In this document: positions 12,519-25,847 of the stretch, piece by piece
Layout of the letters: the number at the start of each line of letters is the position of its first letter
How positions within the stretch are numbered: position 1 is the first letter of the stretch
From: Eledone cirrhosa
Taxonomy: Eukaryota
Assembly (NCBI GenBank): GCA_964016885.1
Contig: OZ024755.1
Span: 22,444,001 to 22,508,000 of the forward strand
Length of the DNA: 64,000 nt
Reading direction: 5' to 3'
Made by a program: the position numbers and the translations under genes
Notes under the pieces: generated by a model
What the model was told of the DNA's origin: nothing
Database searches by the model: none
What the model saw: only the letters and a program-made list of their open reading frames with translations

Positions 12519-12525
12519 TATATAG

Positions 12526-12623
<98 letters not shown>

Positions 12624-12659
12624 TGTGAATATATATATATACATATATATACATACATA

Positions 12660-12702
<43 letters not shown>

Positions 12703-12758
12703 TATACAGTATGTATCTAGATATATATATATACATATTGTATATATATATACATACA

Positions 12759-12817
<59 letters not shown>

Positions 12818-13120
12818 TATACAGTATGTATCTATATATATATACATACATATTGTATATATATATATACATACTGTATATATATATATATGTATATATA
12901 TATACATACATATTGTATATATATATATACACTATGTATATATGTATATATATATACACTATGTATATATATATATATATATACACTATATGTATATATA
13001 CATTATATATATATATATATATATATATACACTATATATATATATATATATACACTATATGTATATATATATATATACACTATATATATATATATATATA
13101 TATACAGTATATATGTATAT
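12519..13120. repeat. (TA)n-rich microsatellite
   Basis: Direct inspection. Confidence 0.95.
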
Positions 13121-13264
13121 AAATGCATGCACCTGTATTACCTGAGCATTAAGATGAACTGCAGCTGCAGTTTGAAGTGCTGGTGAGACAATTTTTATCT
13201 ACTTCCACTCCATTGGTTAAATGGTGAGGCAAGAAAGAAAAGAAAAAAAACTGCAATGAAACCC

Positions 13265-13454
13265 TCTGTCTGTCTGTCTGTCTGTCTGTGTGTGTGTGTG
13301 TCTGTGTATGTCTGTGTGTGTGTGTGTCTGTGTCTGTGAGTGTGTCTGTGTGTGTGTGTGTGTCTGTGTGTCTGTGTATGTGTGTGTGTATGTGTGTGTG
13401 TGTGTGTGTCTGTGTATGTCTGTGCGTGTGTGTGTCTGTCTCTGTGTGTATGTC

Positions 13455-13500
<46 letters not shown>

Positions 13501-13622
13501 TCTGTCTGTGAGTGTGTCTGTGTGTGTGTGTGTCTGTGTGTCTGTGTATGTGTGTGTGTATGTGTGTGTGTGTGTGTGTGTCTGTGTATGTCTGTGCGTG
13601 TGTGTGTCTGTCTCTGTGTGTA

Positions 13623-13676
<54 letters not shown>

Positions 13677-13728
13677 TGTGTGTGTGTGTCTGTCTGTGTG
13701 TCTCTGTGTGTGTCTCTGTCTGTGTGTC
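13265..13728. repeat. (TG)n/(TCTG)n compound microsatellite
   Basis: Direct inspection. Confidence 0.95.
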
Positions 13729-13811
13729 ATATATTTGCTTAACACTTGCTGTATAGCAGTTGGTTTATTATAGATACTCCAATACCTAGGAAAGCAAGAG
13801 TTGGTGGCTGT

Positions 13812-14303
13812 ATCATCATCATCATCATCATAACCACCACCATCACCATGACAGTCACAATCACCGCCACCACCACCACCACCACCACCATCATCATAAC
13901 CACCACCACCACCATCATCATAACCACCACCACCACCATCATCATAACCACCACCACCACCATCATCATAACCACCACCACCACCATCACCATCACCACC
14001 ACCACCACCATCACCATCACCACCACCACCACCACCACCATCACCACCACCACCACCACCACCATCATCACCACCATCACCACCACCATCATCATCACCA
14101 CCACCATCATCACCACCACCATCATCATCACCACCATCACCACCACCCCCAGCATCATCATCATCACCATCATCACCACCATCATCACCATCACCACCAC
14201 CACCACCATCACCATCACCACCACCACCACCATCATCATAACCACCACCACCATCACCACCACCACCACCACCACCACCACCACCACCACCAACATCATC
14301 ATA
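13812..14303. repeat. (CAC/CAT)n microsatellite
   Basis: Direct inspection; source of the Gly/Asp-rich 386-aa pseudo-ORF. Confidence 0.95.
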
Positions 14304-14402
14304 ACACAAAGAACCAATGTAATTTCACCATTGCATGCTTGCTTTATTTCTCAAGAAGGAGCAAATCATTTTTTCATCTCTTTATAAAGATTTGTGCTTG
14401 TG

Positions 14403-14440
<38 letters not shown>

Positions 14441-14972
14441 ATATGTATGTGTGTGTGTGTGTGTTTTATGTCTGTTTGTGTGTGTGTGTTTTATGTCTGT
14501 TTGTGTGTGTATACATATGTGTCTGTGTGTGTGTGTGGCATATTTCTGTACGGTTGTGTGCATATGTGTCTGGTTGTATGTGAGTGAATGTATGTGCATG
14601 TGAGGTTGTGTGTGTGTGTGTGTGTGTGTATGGACATTTGTGTGTCTGATTGATTATGTGTAAATGTATGGATATGTATGTCTCATTTTTATGTAATTGT
14701 ATGTGCATCTGTTTGCATGTGTGGGAGAGTGTGGGGGGGGGTAGTGTGAGAGATAAGGGAGAGAGACAGAGAGAGACAGAGAGATAGGGAAGGAGGGGGG
14801 GGGTAGATTGATTGAGAGAGATAGAAGTAGATAGAGTGAGTGAAAGAGTTAGAGAGAGAGAGAGAAGGAGACAGTCAGAGAGAGGGAGAGAGAGAAGGAG
14901 ACAGATAGAAGAGGGAGAGAGAGATAGAGGAGGAGAAACAATTAAAGATGTTTGGAAGGCTTCTGATGTGTA

Positions 14973-15166
14973 GTAATAATTGTTTCTACTTTTGGCACAA
15001 GGCCAGCAATTACCCAGTACGTCACTGGTACTTTATTTTATCAACCCTGTAAGGATGAAAGGCAAAGTTAACCTTGGCGGCATTTGAACTCAGAATGGCA
15101 AGGGCCGTAACTCTATGCGTTAAAGCATGGCGTCCGACCCTCTACCGATACTGCCACTCCACCGCC
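14973..15166 (-). mobile_element. SINE family A, young full-length copy with TSD
   Basis: Reverse complement of the family A consensus. TSD cttctgatgtgta at 14960-14972 and 15167-15179. Confidence 0.9.
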
Positions 15167-15288
15167 CTTCTGATGTGTAATAATAATATTTTCAATGGAG
15201 GAGGAAACCATCAGTTGTGTAGATAGAGTGTGTCTTCATTATCTTGATCAACTGTTGTAGACTGATCCAGACTCTGCCTCTATATATA

Positions 15289-16040
15289 GTAAGAACAGGA
15301 TGGAAGAAGTTCAGGGAGCTACTGCTAGCTGCAAAAGGCTTTTCCCTCAAAATCAAAAGCAGACTGTATGATGCGTGTATACGAACACTGGGCACTGTCT
15401 GCGGAAGATTTGCGTAGATTAGAAAGAAACGAAGCCTGCATGCTCCGATGGATGTGTAATAGTAATATACGCGAACGGCAAAGCATAAACAAATTGAGGG
15501 AGACTGAGCATAAGAGGAATCAAATGCTGTGTGCAGGAGAGGCGATTGCGCTGGTATGGACATGCAATGCGTATGAAGGATGACAGCTGCATAAAAAGGT
15601 GCAGAGCGCATTAGAAGTCGATGGAAACCGCAGAGTGGGGAGACCCAAGAAGACCTGGGATGAGGTGATAAAAGCCGACCTTACCCAATTATACCACTCA
15701 AAGGCGATGACACACGACCGTGAACTCTAGCGTCACGCAGTAATACAGAAGAACCGACACCCCACCGGTACAAGTCGAAGCTGAAGCATATAGGCAATAT
15801 GCCCCCACCCCCTCCCACTGCAAAGTGGACGTGTAGGCGCCACAGTAAAAAAGCACCCAACACTCACTGTAAATGAGGTTGGTGTTAGGAAGGGCATCCA
15901 GCTGTAGAAATCAAGCCAGAATCAGTTCCCGTATGAGCAAGACATAGTCAGCCGAATGGACACTGCCCACAACAGGACAACCCGTCTAACCCATGCTAGC
16001 ATGGAAGAACGGACGTAAAACGGTAATGATGATGATGATA
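15289..16040 (+). mobile_element. RTE LINE 3' part (family 1) including 3' UTR and (ATG)n tail
   Basis: RTGWKKFRELL..AEDLRRLERNEACMLRWMC..RRLRWYGH..GRPKKTWDEVI. 3' UTR contains ggtgttaggaagggcatccagctgtagaaa. 5' junction lies in (TA)n. Confidence 0.9.
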
Positions 16041-16068
16041 TATATACAAACATACATACATACACACA

Positions 16069-16102
<34 letters not shown>

Positions 16103-16103
<1 letters not shown>

Positions 16104-16198
16104 CATCATCATCATCATTTAACGTCCATCTTCCACGCTAGCATGGGTTAGACGGCTTTGTTCCATTTGCGGGAATGGTCAAGAGACCGTGTCTCACT
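16103..16198 (-). mobile_element. RTE/SINE 3' tail, tail-to-tail with the previous element
   Basis: (CAT)n-ttaacgtccatcttccacgctagcatgggttagacgg is the reverse complement of ~15981-16018. Confidence 0.7.
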
Positions 16199-16754
16199 CA
16201 TATATATAATACATACACACATGCATAGATACATATATATATAAATACATACATATATATATATACATACATATATATATATACATATACATATATACAT
16301 ACATATATACATACACCATACATATATATACATATATACACATGCATCCATATACTTATATACTTATATGTACACACACATATCTATATACATATACACA
16401 CTCATATATACACACACACACACATACATAAATATACATATATACACACATACATACACACACATATATATATACACATGCACATACATACACACAAACA
16501 TGCACACACATATATACATATTTACAAACACACACATATATATATACACACATACATACATACACACAGACCCATACAGACACACACACACACACACACA
16601 CACGCTTACACACATACATGCACACACAGACACAGACACATATACACATTACACCAGGCTATTTCATTATTTTATTTAATATAATTATTATCATGCAATA
16701 CATCAATTGTCTTTGTAAATAATTCTCTTGATCTCTGTCTTGCCCTCTGCTAAA

Positions 16755-18485
16755 TCACCACCACCACCACCACCACTGTTGAACCACCACCACCACCACC
16801 ACCACTGTTGAACCACCACCACCACCACCACCACTGTTGAACCACCACCACCACCACCACCACCACTGTTGAACCACCACCACCACCACCACCACTGTTG
16901 AACCACCACCACCACCACCACCACCGCTGTTGAACCACCACCACCACCACCACCACCACTGTTGAACCACCACCACCACCACCACCACCGCTGTTGAACC
17001 ACCACCACCACCACCACCACCACTGTTGAACCACCACCACCACCACCACCACTGTTGAACCACCACCACCACCACCACCACTATTGAACCACCACCACCA
17101 CCACCACCACCACTGTTGAACCATACCACCACCACCACCACCACCACTGTTGAACCATACCACCACCACCACCACCACCATCCCCACCACTGTTGAACCA
17201 CCATCACGACCACTGTTGAACCACCACTACTTCCACCACCACTATTGAACCACCACCACCACCACCACTGTTGAACCATACCACCACCACCACCATCCCC
17301 ACCACTGTTGAACCCTCACCACCACCACCACTGTTGACCCACCACCACTGTTGAACCATACCACCACCACCACCATCCCCACCACTGTTGAACCACCATC
17401 ACGACCACTGTTGAACCACCACTACTTCCACCACCACTATTGAACCACCACCACCACCACCACTGTTGAACCATACCACCACCACCACCATCCCCACCAC
17501 TGTTGAACCCTCACCACCACCACCACTGTTGACCCACCACCACTGTTGAACCATACCACCACCACCACCATCCCCACCACTGTTGAACCAATACCAGCAC
17601 CACCACTGTTCAACCAACACCACCACCACCACTGTTCAACCAACACCACCACCACTGTTCAACCAACACCACCACCACTGTTCAACCAACACCACCATCG
17701 CCACTGTTACACCAACACCATCACCACTGTTCAACCAACACCACCACCACCACTGTTCAACCAACACCAACACCACTGTTCAACCAACACCACCATCACC
17801 ACTGTTCAACCAAAACCACCACCACCACCACAGTTCAACCAACACCACCATCGCCACTGTTCAAACAACACCACCACCATCACCACTTTTCAACCAACAC
17901 CACCACCATCACCACTGTTCAATCAACAACACCACCATCACCACAGTTCAACCAACACCACCATCGCCACTGTTCAATCAACAACACCACCATCACCACA
18001 GTTCAACCAACACCACCATCGCCACTGTTCAACCAACACCACCACCATCACCACTGTTCAATCAACAACACCACCATCACCACAGTTCAACCAACACCAC
18101 CATCGCCACTGTTCAATCAACAACACCACCATCACCACAGTTCAACCAACACCACCATCACCACAGTTCAACCAACACCACCATCGCCACTGTTCAATCA
18201 ACAACACCACCATCACCACAGTTCAACCAACACCACCATCGCCACTGTTCAACCAACACCACCACCATCACTACTGTTCAACCAACACCACCATCACCAC
18301 TTTTCAACGAACAACACCACCATCACCACTGTTCAACCAACAACACCACCATCACCACAGTTCAACCAACACCAACAACACCACCATCACCACTGTTCAA
18401 CCAACACCAACAACACCACCATCACCACTGTTCAACCAACACCAACAACACCACCATCACCACTGTTCAACCAACACCACCACCA
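16755..18485. repeat. (CCA)n-derived satellite in two blocks (ctgttgaa, then ctgttcaa)
   Basis: Spacer motif switches near 17600. A ~195-bp higher-order duplication starts at 17181 and 17376. Confidence 0.9.
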
Positions 18486-18659
18486 ATAACACTTTCATAA
18501 TATCATCGTTAGGCTATCATCCCCACTGTCTGCTTACATTACCATCACTACCACTTTCTCCACCACCAACATATCACCATCTTGAACATTTTGTAGCAAG
18601 CTGCTTCTTTGATGTATGTATTCCTGCTAGGCGGGGCAGTGTGCCCAGGCCCTGATCAA

Positions 18660-18745
18660 TATTATTATTACTATTATTTGAAACTTCCTTTCAATTCTGC
18701 TTCTTTCTTATACCTTGCCGAGTACCGCTCTGATACCTGAAGCAA
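18660..18745 (-). mobile_element. Possible R4/Dong-like 3' UTR remnant in (TAA)n
   Basis: Reverse complement cagagcggtactcggcaagg resembles cagagctgtgctcggtaaag at ~51463. Confidence 0.35.
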
Positions 18746-18842
18746 AATTTGGTCATACACACAATTAATAATCAATTGGCATACAAATGATGCCACAAGT
18801 ACAAAAATAAAACAGTAAATGTCTTTGCAAGGAATTTAAATT

Positions 18843-19182
18843 GAGGCACTTGGCTTAATGGTTAGAGCATTGGCCTTGCAATCAAAAGGTTGTGAGTTCA
18901 ATTTTCGGACCGGGTGATGTGTTGTTTCCTTGAGCAAGACACTTTATTTCACATTGCTCCAGTTTACTCAGCTGTAGAAATGAGATGATGGGGACTGGGG
19001 TCCCTATCATTCCACTGCAAAGTGGTCGTGGAGGTGCCACGGCAAAAAAGCACCCAGCACTCACTGTAAATGAGGTTGGTGTTAGGAAGGGCATCCAGCT
19101 GTAGAAATCAAGCCAGAATCAGTTCCCGTCCCACCCTTGCAAGCAGGGAAAAGCGGACGTGAAATGAAATGATGATGATGAT
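18843..19182 (+). mobile_element. SINE family B (tRNA head + CORE-like + Ceph-like domain + RTE tail)
   Basis: tggcttaatggttagagc (A box), gagttcaatt (B box), tccttgagcaagacactt, ggtgttaggaagggcatccagc, and an RTE tail with (ATG)n. Confidence 0.9.
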
Positions 19183-19318
19183 GAATTCTGCCCTTCTCAG
19201 GACATGGATAGTATTAGTCAACACTATTTTCTGTATCTCTTGCAGAGATGGCTTCCCAAGTATCTGGTCCAGATGTTTTTTTGTTTTTTTTTCTATTCTT
19301 TATTACTATTACTATTAT

Positions 19319-19723
19319 TGGATTGGCAGTAATCGGTAGAGCGTCAGACACCATGCTTTGCAGCATAGGAGTTATGGCCCTTTATGATCTGATTTCAAAT
19401 CCCGCCGAAGTTAACTTTGCCTTTCATCCTTACGGGGTCGATAAAATAAAGCACCAGTAATGCACTGGGGTCGATTTAATCGACTTTCCCTTCCCCTTAA
19501 AAATATTGCTGGCCTTGTGCCTAAAGTAGAAACAGTTATTGTGGATTGGCAGTATCGGTAGAGGGTCGAACGTCATGCTTTGACGCATAGAATTACGGCC
19601 CTTTCCATTCTGAGTTCAAATCCCGCCAAGGTCAACTTTGCCTTTCATCCTTACGGGGTCGATAAAATAAAGTACCAGTAATGTACTGGGTAATTGCTGG
19701 CCTTGTGCCAAAAAGTAGAAACA

Positions 19724-19725
<2 letters not shown>
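19319..19725 (+). mobile_element. Tandem dimer of SINE family A
   Basis: Two consecutive copies start ggattggcagta at ~19320 and ~19543. Confidence 0.9.
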
Positions 19726-19739
<14 letters not shown>

Positions 19740-19756
<17 letters not shown>

Positions 19757-19815
19757 TAATCTTATTTTCACTGCCCCACCAAATGCATCCCTGTGTGCCT
19801 TGGGTGTTTGCAGTG
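19740..19815 (-). mobile_element. R4/Dong-like 3' UTR remnant abutting (ATT)n
   Basis: Reverse complement acccaaggcacacagggatgcatttggt vs acccaagacacacagagctgtgctcggt at 51451. Confidence 0.45.
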
Positions 19816-19914
19816 TTTTTAATTTTGTTTTACATTTTCTATCATTTTGAAAGTATTGTAAGTAATATGTTGTGTATATTTGTAAATTTTATAGTTTCGG
19901 TCATATATTTATTT

Positions 19915-20055
19915 GCTGGACAGATTTTACGGGCAAAATTAACCAGCAGAAGACACAGGGATAGACCCAGAGCAAGATGGTTGGATAACATCCATGAGCT
20001 CAACTGGTCTAGCTTGGAGATCCAGCTGGATCAATTGGAGACAGTTGCTTTTAGT
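19915..20055 (+). mobile_element. RTE-X LINE 3' fragment
   Basis: ILRAKLTSRRHRDRPRARWLDNIHELNWS; homologous to 51140-51280. Confidence 0.8.
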
Positions 20056-20894
20056 TAATTTATAGTTTTTACATAGTTCCCAGTAGATGATCTGTGCAAT
20101 ATAATCATGCATTCTTTCATATTCACTCTGAGTTAATTTATTGCATTCACATTCAATCTTTGTTTTATTTTGGGTTTGTCACAGGATTATTTAAAGAAGA
20201 CATTTTAGCCACAACAGAGCACATCTGTCTACTCTCTGTTCCCAGATATGAAACAATTAGCTGGTCATAGGTCAAGAGAGTGTATGTCATAGATGTTGAC
20301 ATCTAAAGAGCTTTTAACAGAGTCTAGTACAACAGGCTTTGTTGTTAAACTGACAGTGCAATGGGATCTGCAAGGAAACTGCTTAAGTACCTCTAAACCT
20401 GCCTTATAATTGATCCATGATATTATGAGGTTTATATGTTGCTTCCTGCAATCCCAGAGCATACATTAAATATTAAATCTGTCTCTTGTTAATTAGTCCT
20501 TAGTATCTCTACTCTTATTTCAGCTTCAATCATCATCATCATCATCATCATTATCCCGTACTTTTTTCCATGCTTGCATGGGTTGGGCAGGTCCTTTTCA
20601 GCACAGCATCTCTCCACTTGTTGCGTTTCTTCATCATCATTTCCACTAATCTATCATTCCTAACTGGTACTTTATTCATCTCTAACAATTCTACTAATCT
20701 ACTGCTCCTAACTGGTACTTTATTCCACTCTAACAATCCCACTGGTACTTTATTTTATCAACCTCAAATGTATGAAAGACAAAGTAGATTTGAACTAGGA
20801 GCTCAGAAAGCACAAATGACTGCAAATCATTTTGTCCTATACTCTTCAAGTCACTGCCCGGATCAATATACAGCTTTATTATTGGTGTTATTTT

Positions 20895-21080
20895 TGGAGA
20901 GAGGCCCCAATATCCAGGAATATGTTATGCTATCATAGGCTTTTCTCTAATCAATCCATACCATACTTCGATTTTTGCTTCTTTTAACTGCTGTCTTCAA
21001 TATCTGCTCTGATTTTAGCAGCAGCAGTTCTTTACATCCACACATCTTTTCCTTTCAATACCCTTTCTATTTTTTCTGAT
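20895..21080 (-). mobile_element. R4/Dong-type RT fragment
   Basis: Minus strand reads ..CGCKELLLL..ILKTAVKRSKNRSMVWID*..YDSITYSWIL, matching the R4 motif GCKDQLLI..NLSMAWIDYKKAFDSVPHSWI. Confidence 0.65.
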
Positions 21081-21094
21081 TAGATATTATTATT

Positions 21095-21282
21095 CGGTGG
21101 ATTGGCAGTATCGGTAGAGGGTCGGACGCCATGCTTGACGCATGGAGTTACGGCCCTTGCCATTCTGAGTTCAAATCCCGCCGAGGTTAACTTTGCCTTT
21201 CATCCTTACAGGGTCGATAAAATAAAGTACCAGTAATGCACTGGATAATTGCTGGCCTTGTGCCAATAGTAGAAACAATTTT
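21095..21282 (+). mobile_element. SINE family A
   Basis: Near-consensus copy. Confidence 0.9.
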
Positions 21283-22110
21283 TATATCCCAGATAAGCAG
21301 TCATCCTCTCAGTAAATACAGATATCAGGGCTTTATATATTATTGGTAAATAGGTTGTTGATCTGTAGTGTTAGGGGATTCTGATAGGGGAAGGGTAGGG
21401 TGGGGTGGCGGTTATTGTAGGGGAATAAATATTGTTTTGTCTTCTAATAGACATTCTGATGTTGGTTCTAATCTGTTTATTAATTCCTTGCAATCTATTA
21501 CTATAGCTTATTTGTATACCTTTTTAGTACTTTAACAACAAATTGAGTACTTTATCAGTTATAACAACCTTCCAGTTGCTAGTAGTCCTTCTGATTGCAT
21601 TAGTGAATTCCCCACTAGTTATACCAGGCCATACTTGCGATGATGTTGTGGGGTTTTTTTTTTCTTCTTTCCTTGTCCTCTTTTCTCCTTCCTTTTTTAT
21701 TCATTATAAATCTTTAACATGTTTTATATTCAGGTTCCATCTTCTCTCCCAATATAATTGGATTCCTATTGTTGTTGCTGTATCTTCTCATGTGATGTTT
21801 TAGTTATTTATTTATTTGTTCATTTGTTTATATAGCCATTTATTTATTTGTTTAGCTGATGTCTCAATAGAATTCTGATCCTGATACAAGCAATATTCAC
21901 ATAAAAAAAACAAAACCCATCTTATCCTGTTATCAATTGTTTTAATTATGATTTCACTTCCTCAATCTCTTCCCTTTTCTCCACACATCCATACCAACTT
22001 ACCTGGGAACTCCCCTCATTCTATAATATAAAATTATTCCTTCTATTAAAACCTAGCATAATGGGATTTTTTAAAAAAGAAACCAGCTTAATAATGTAAA
22101 AGTTAGTTAA

Positions 22111-22318
22111 CCTTTTAGTATTTAAACTGGCCATAACCAGCCAGAATTCTCTCACCTCTTTCTGTTCAAACTGGCCATAACTGGCCACTCATACTGATGT
22201 TAAGGTATTGTTCTCAAAATAAATAATATCAAAATCTCATAGATTCGATATTATGTAAGATAAAGCCTTTACCATGAAAATACAGTAGTATATATAGAGT
22301 AATGTAAATGCTAAAGGG
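22111..22318. mobile_element. TTAA-flanked MITE (piggyBac/Kolobok-like)
   Basis: TTAA|ccttttagtattta ... taaatgctaaaggg|TTAA (TSDs at 22107-22110 and 22319-22322). Confidence 0.7.
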
Positions 22319-22523
22319 TTAAGGTAGTAGGTTTGTAGAATTGTTAAGTCCATACCAATTCACTCACTTGCCCCTTTCATCTGACCAAAGTGTCTTGTGT
22401 GGCCATCACAGTCTTTGTTTGTTTGTTTGTTTGTATTCTTTTCTGTTTATCTTCTTCTGATGTTGTCTTCTTTTGTGTCTTGTTTCTGCTATTGTCGTCT
22501 TTCATTGTATTTTGAACGATTAT

Positions 22524-23135
22524 TTTCTATGTGTGTATACATGTTTCTACATGTGTGTACATGTTTGTATGTGTGTGTGTGTGTGTACATGTTTGTATGT
22601 GCGTGTATGTTTGTATGTGTATGTACATGTTTCTACATGTGTGTACATGTTTGTATGTGTGTATACATGTTTCTACATGTGTACATGTTTCTATATGTGT
22701 GTACATGTTTCTATGTGTGTACATGTGTATACATAGAAACATGTACACATGTAGAAACATGTACACACACTTAGAAACATGTACACACATATAGAAACAT
22801 GTACACACATATAGAAACATGCACACACATATAGAAACATGTACACACGCATAGAAACATGTACATACATATAGAAACATGTACATACATATAGAAACAT
22901 GTACACACATATAGAAACATGTACACACATATAGAAACATGTACACATGCATAGAAACACGTACACACATAGAAACATGTACACACATATAAAAACATGT
23001 ACACATAGAGAAATATGTATATATATATATATACATAGAAACATGTACACATATAGAAACATGTGTGTGCACATGTTTCTATATGTATACATGTTTCTAC
23101 ATGTATACATGTTTCTATTTGTGTGTACATGTTTC
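22524..23135. repeat. ~20-bp (acatgtttcta..) satellite with two orientation switches
   Basis: Units read catgtttcta to ~22727, tagaaacatg to ~23060, then revert. Confidence 0.85.
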
Positions 23136-23294
23136 TCCTGTGTTATTTTCTGTGTGTTAACTTGTCTCTCTTCTCATATTTTCTCTCTTTCAAGGGCTAC
23201 TGTGTTTTATCTATCAACAGTTTATTTCCTTTTACTTTCCACTGAGAATATCTTTGTATAATTTACTCTGTTTCTCTTTTTAAGATCTTTTTAT

Positions 23295-24113
23295 TGTTTA
23301 CTATAAATCTGTGTACACACCTCTGTCAGTGTGTTTACTATTAAGCTGTGTACACACCTCTGTCAATGTGTTTACTATATACTGTGTACACACCTGTTAG
23401 TGTGTTTACTATAAACCTGTGTACACACCTTTGTTAATGTGTTTACTATATATCTGTGTACACACCTGTTAGTGTGTTTACTATAAACCTGTGTACACAC
23501 CTTTGTTAATGTGTTTACTATATATCTGTGTACACACCTTTGTTAATGTGTTTACTATATATCTGTGTACACACCTTTGTTAATGTGTACTATATATCTG
23601 TGTACACATCTTTGTTAATGTGTTTATTATATATCTGTGTGCACACCTGTTAGTGTGTTTACTATAAACCTGTGTACACACCTTTGTTAATGTGTTTACT
23701 ATATATCTGTGTACACACCTTTGTTAATGTGTTTACTATATATCTGTGTACACACCTTTGTTAATGTGTACTATATATCTGTTTACACATCTTTGTTAAT
23801 GTGTTTACTATATATCTGTGTACACACCTTTGTTAATGTGTACTATATATCTGTGTACACACCTTTGTTAATGTGTTTACTATATATCTGTGTACACACC
23901 TTTGTTAATGTGTTTACTATATATCTGTGTACACACCTTTGTTAATGTGTACTATATATCTGTGTACACATCTTTGTTAATGTGTTTACTATATATCTGT
24001 GTACACACCTTTGTTAATGTGTTTACTATATATCTGTGTACACACCTTTGTTAATGTGTACTATATATCTGTGTACACACCTTTGTTAATGTGTTTACTA
24101 TATATCTGTGTAC
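23295..24113. repeat. ~37-bp minisatellite (~22 copies)
   Basis: Unit tgtttactatatatctgtgtacacacctttgttaatg. Confidence 0.95.
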
Positions 24114-25560
24114 AATCTTTCTAAGTATTTTTCTCACTTCAGGACTGTTTCTTCATACAATCTTACTGTGTATTTCTCTCGTTTCAGGACTGTTTATACA
24201 TGAATTGGGATTAAAACGTGTTAGCGTTGTCTTGGATTAACTGACAAGGTTCTGTCTTGGATTATCACACAAAGATTTATCTTGGATTAACCGACAACAT
24301 TTTCACAGCTGTCTACTGCAAAGAAAATTTTACATCTGATATTATATGCGGTAAGGTTCAAGTTAATTTTTGTTGCAAGTTTTAAATCTTAAATGAAACT
24401 TTTATAAAAGTTTTGAGAATTATTTTCAAATATATTTTTTCTTTTACAATTTTTTTTTTTTATATATATATATATATAATGGTTTTCTCAAAATGACATT
24501 CAGAATTTGAGGTGGGTCAAAATATCTTCTTATTCTTTTCAAGATTCAATCATATGTGATATTAGGGACAGGAAGATAATAATAAGCACCCTGCAAACTA
24601 AATCTCTATCCCAGTTTGGTGTCATATTAAGAAGTGTGCTAACAGCCAAAGTGTATGATAAAGTTATATCTGTATAAATACAGAGTATGTAACCAAGACT
24701 GCAACAATGTGTATATAAATATCCCCATTTTTTTAATATGTAGAAATGTAAACATACCTTAAAATAGGAATCTCCCTTTAAATTGAAATAATGATAAACA
24801 CCTTCATTAGCACCACTATGCATTACTCTTTTACCTTTTCCAGTCATTGGACTATAATCATGTTGAGGTACCAACTTTAGTCCATCATACTTCCTGGAGA
24901 GAGATGGGGCACTGTCAGGTTTTTAAGAATGCCCTAGAAATGCCGTATTTCAATGTAGCACCCCTATGACTCTCTCAGAAGTTACGGGACCATACATACA
25001 ATACAAACATATTATGCTGACCCCAGTATTTCGTACTTATTTTATTGATCTCTGTTTATTGATTGTGTTTGTTACCTTTTGACATAAACAGATGTAACTC
25101 AATGCACTGATATATACACACACATACACTCACACACATGCACAAACACACACACACAAATTATAGGCCTCTGCACAGTTTCTGTCTGCTAAATTTCACT
25201 CATCAGGTATTAGTCAACTTGAGGCTACAGTAGAAGAAATTTGGTCAAGATACCACAGAGTGAAATTGAATCCAGAACTATGTAGCTGTGAAGTGAATTA
25301 CATAAACCCCTGGCTATGATGCATCCCTTCCAAAGAGAGGCATGCAATAAACAAGGCTCATCACCCTTCTTCTTTTTCTTCGCCCACTTATTCCTTGGAG
25401 GGTTGTGGGATCAGTGTTCTCAAACACTCCTTCCAGTGGTCAGAAGCAATTGTCCCCAATTGATATGGCTGCTCCAAAGTGAGACCAGCCAAGATATCTC
25501 TAGTCAATAAATTCCAATGGTCAAGCAATAAACATTATTTACTTATTACTTATTAACACA

Positions 25561-25750
25561 ATGGATTGGCAGTATCAGTAAAAGGTCGGACGCCATGCTT
25601 TGAAGCATAGAGTTACGGCCCTTTACGGTCTGGGTTCAAATCCTGCCAAGGTTAACTTAGCCTTTCATCCTTACGGGGTTGATAAAATAAAGTACAAGTA
25701 ATGCATTTGGATAATTGCTGGCCTTGTGCCAAAAGAAGAAACAATTATTT
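25561..25750 (+). mobile_element. SINE family A
   Basis: Consensus head, core and tail present. Confidence 0.85.
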
Positions 25751-25760
25751 ACTTATTACA

Positions 25761-25809
<49 letters not shown>

Positions 25810-25847
25810 AGGAAGTTATAGTTCACTTGAAGCATTGTGTAATGAGG

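Noticed and set aside
11560-18655. Long ORFs of 270-386 aa (His/Thr/Gly/Val/Cys-rich)
   Set aside because: They are translations of microsatellites and satellites, open in several frames on both strands.
18843-18915. tRNA genes at the A/B-box heads
   Set aside because: The heads continue into SINE bodies and tails, and no complete cloverleaf is evident.
25192-25212. Hammerhead-like CUGAUGA-gu-GAAA on the minus strand
   Set aside because: No room for stem II, no stem I, and it lies within a decayed SINE.
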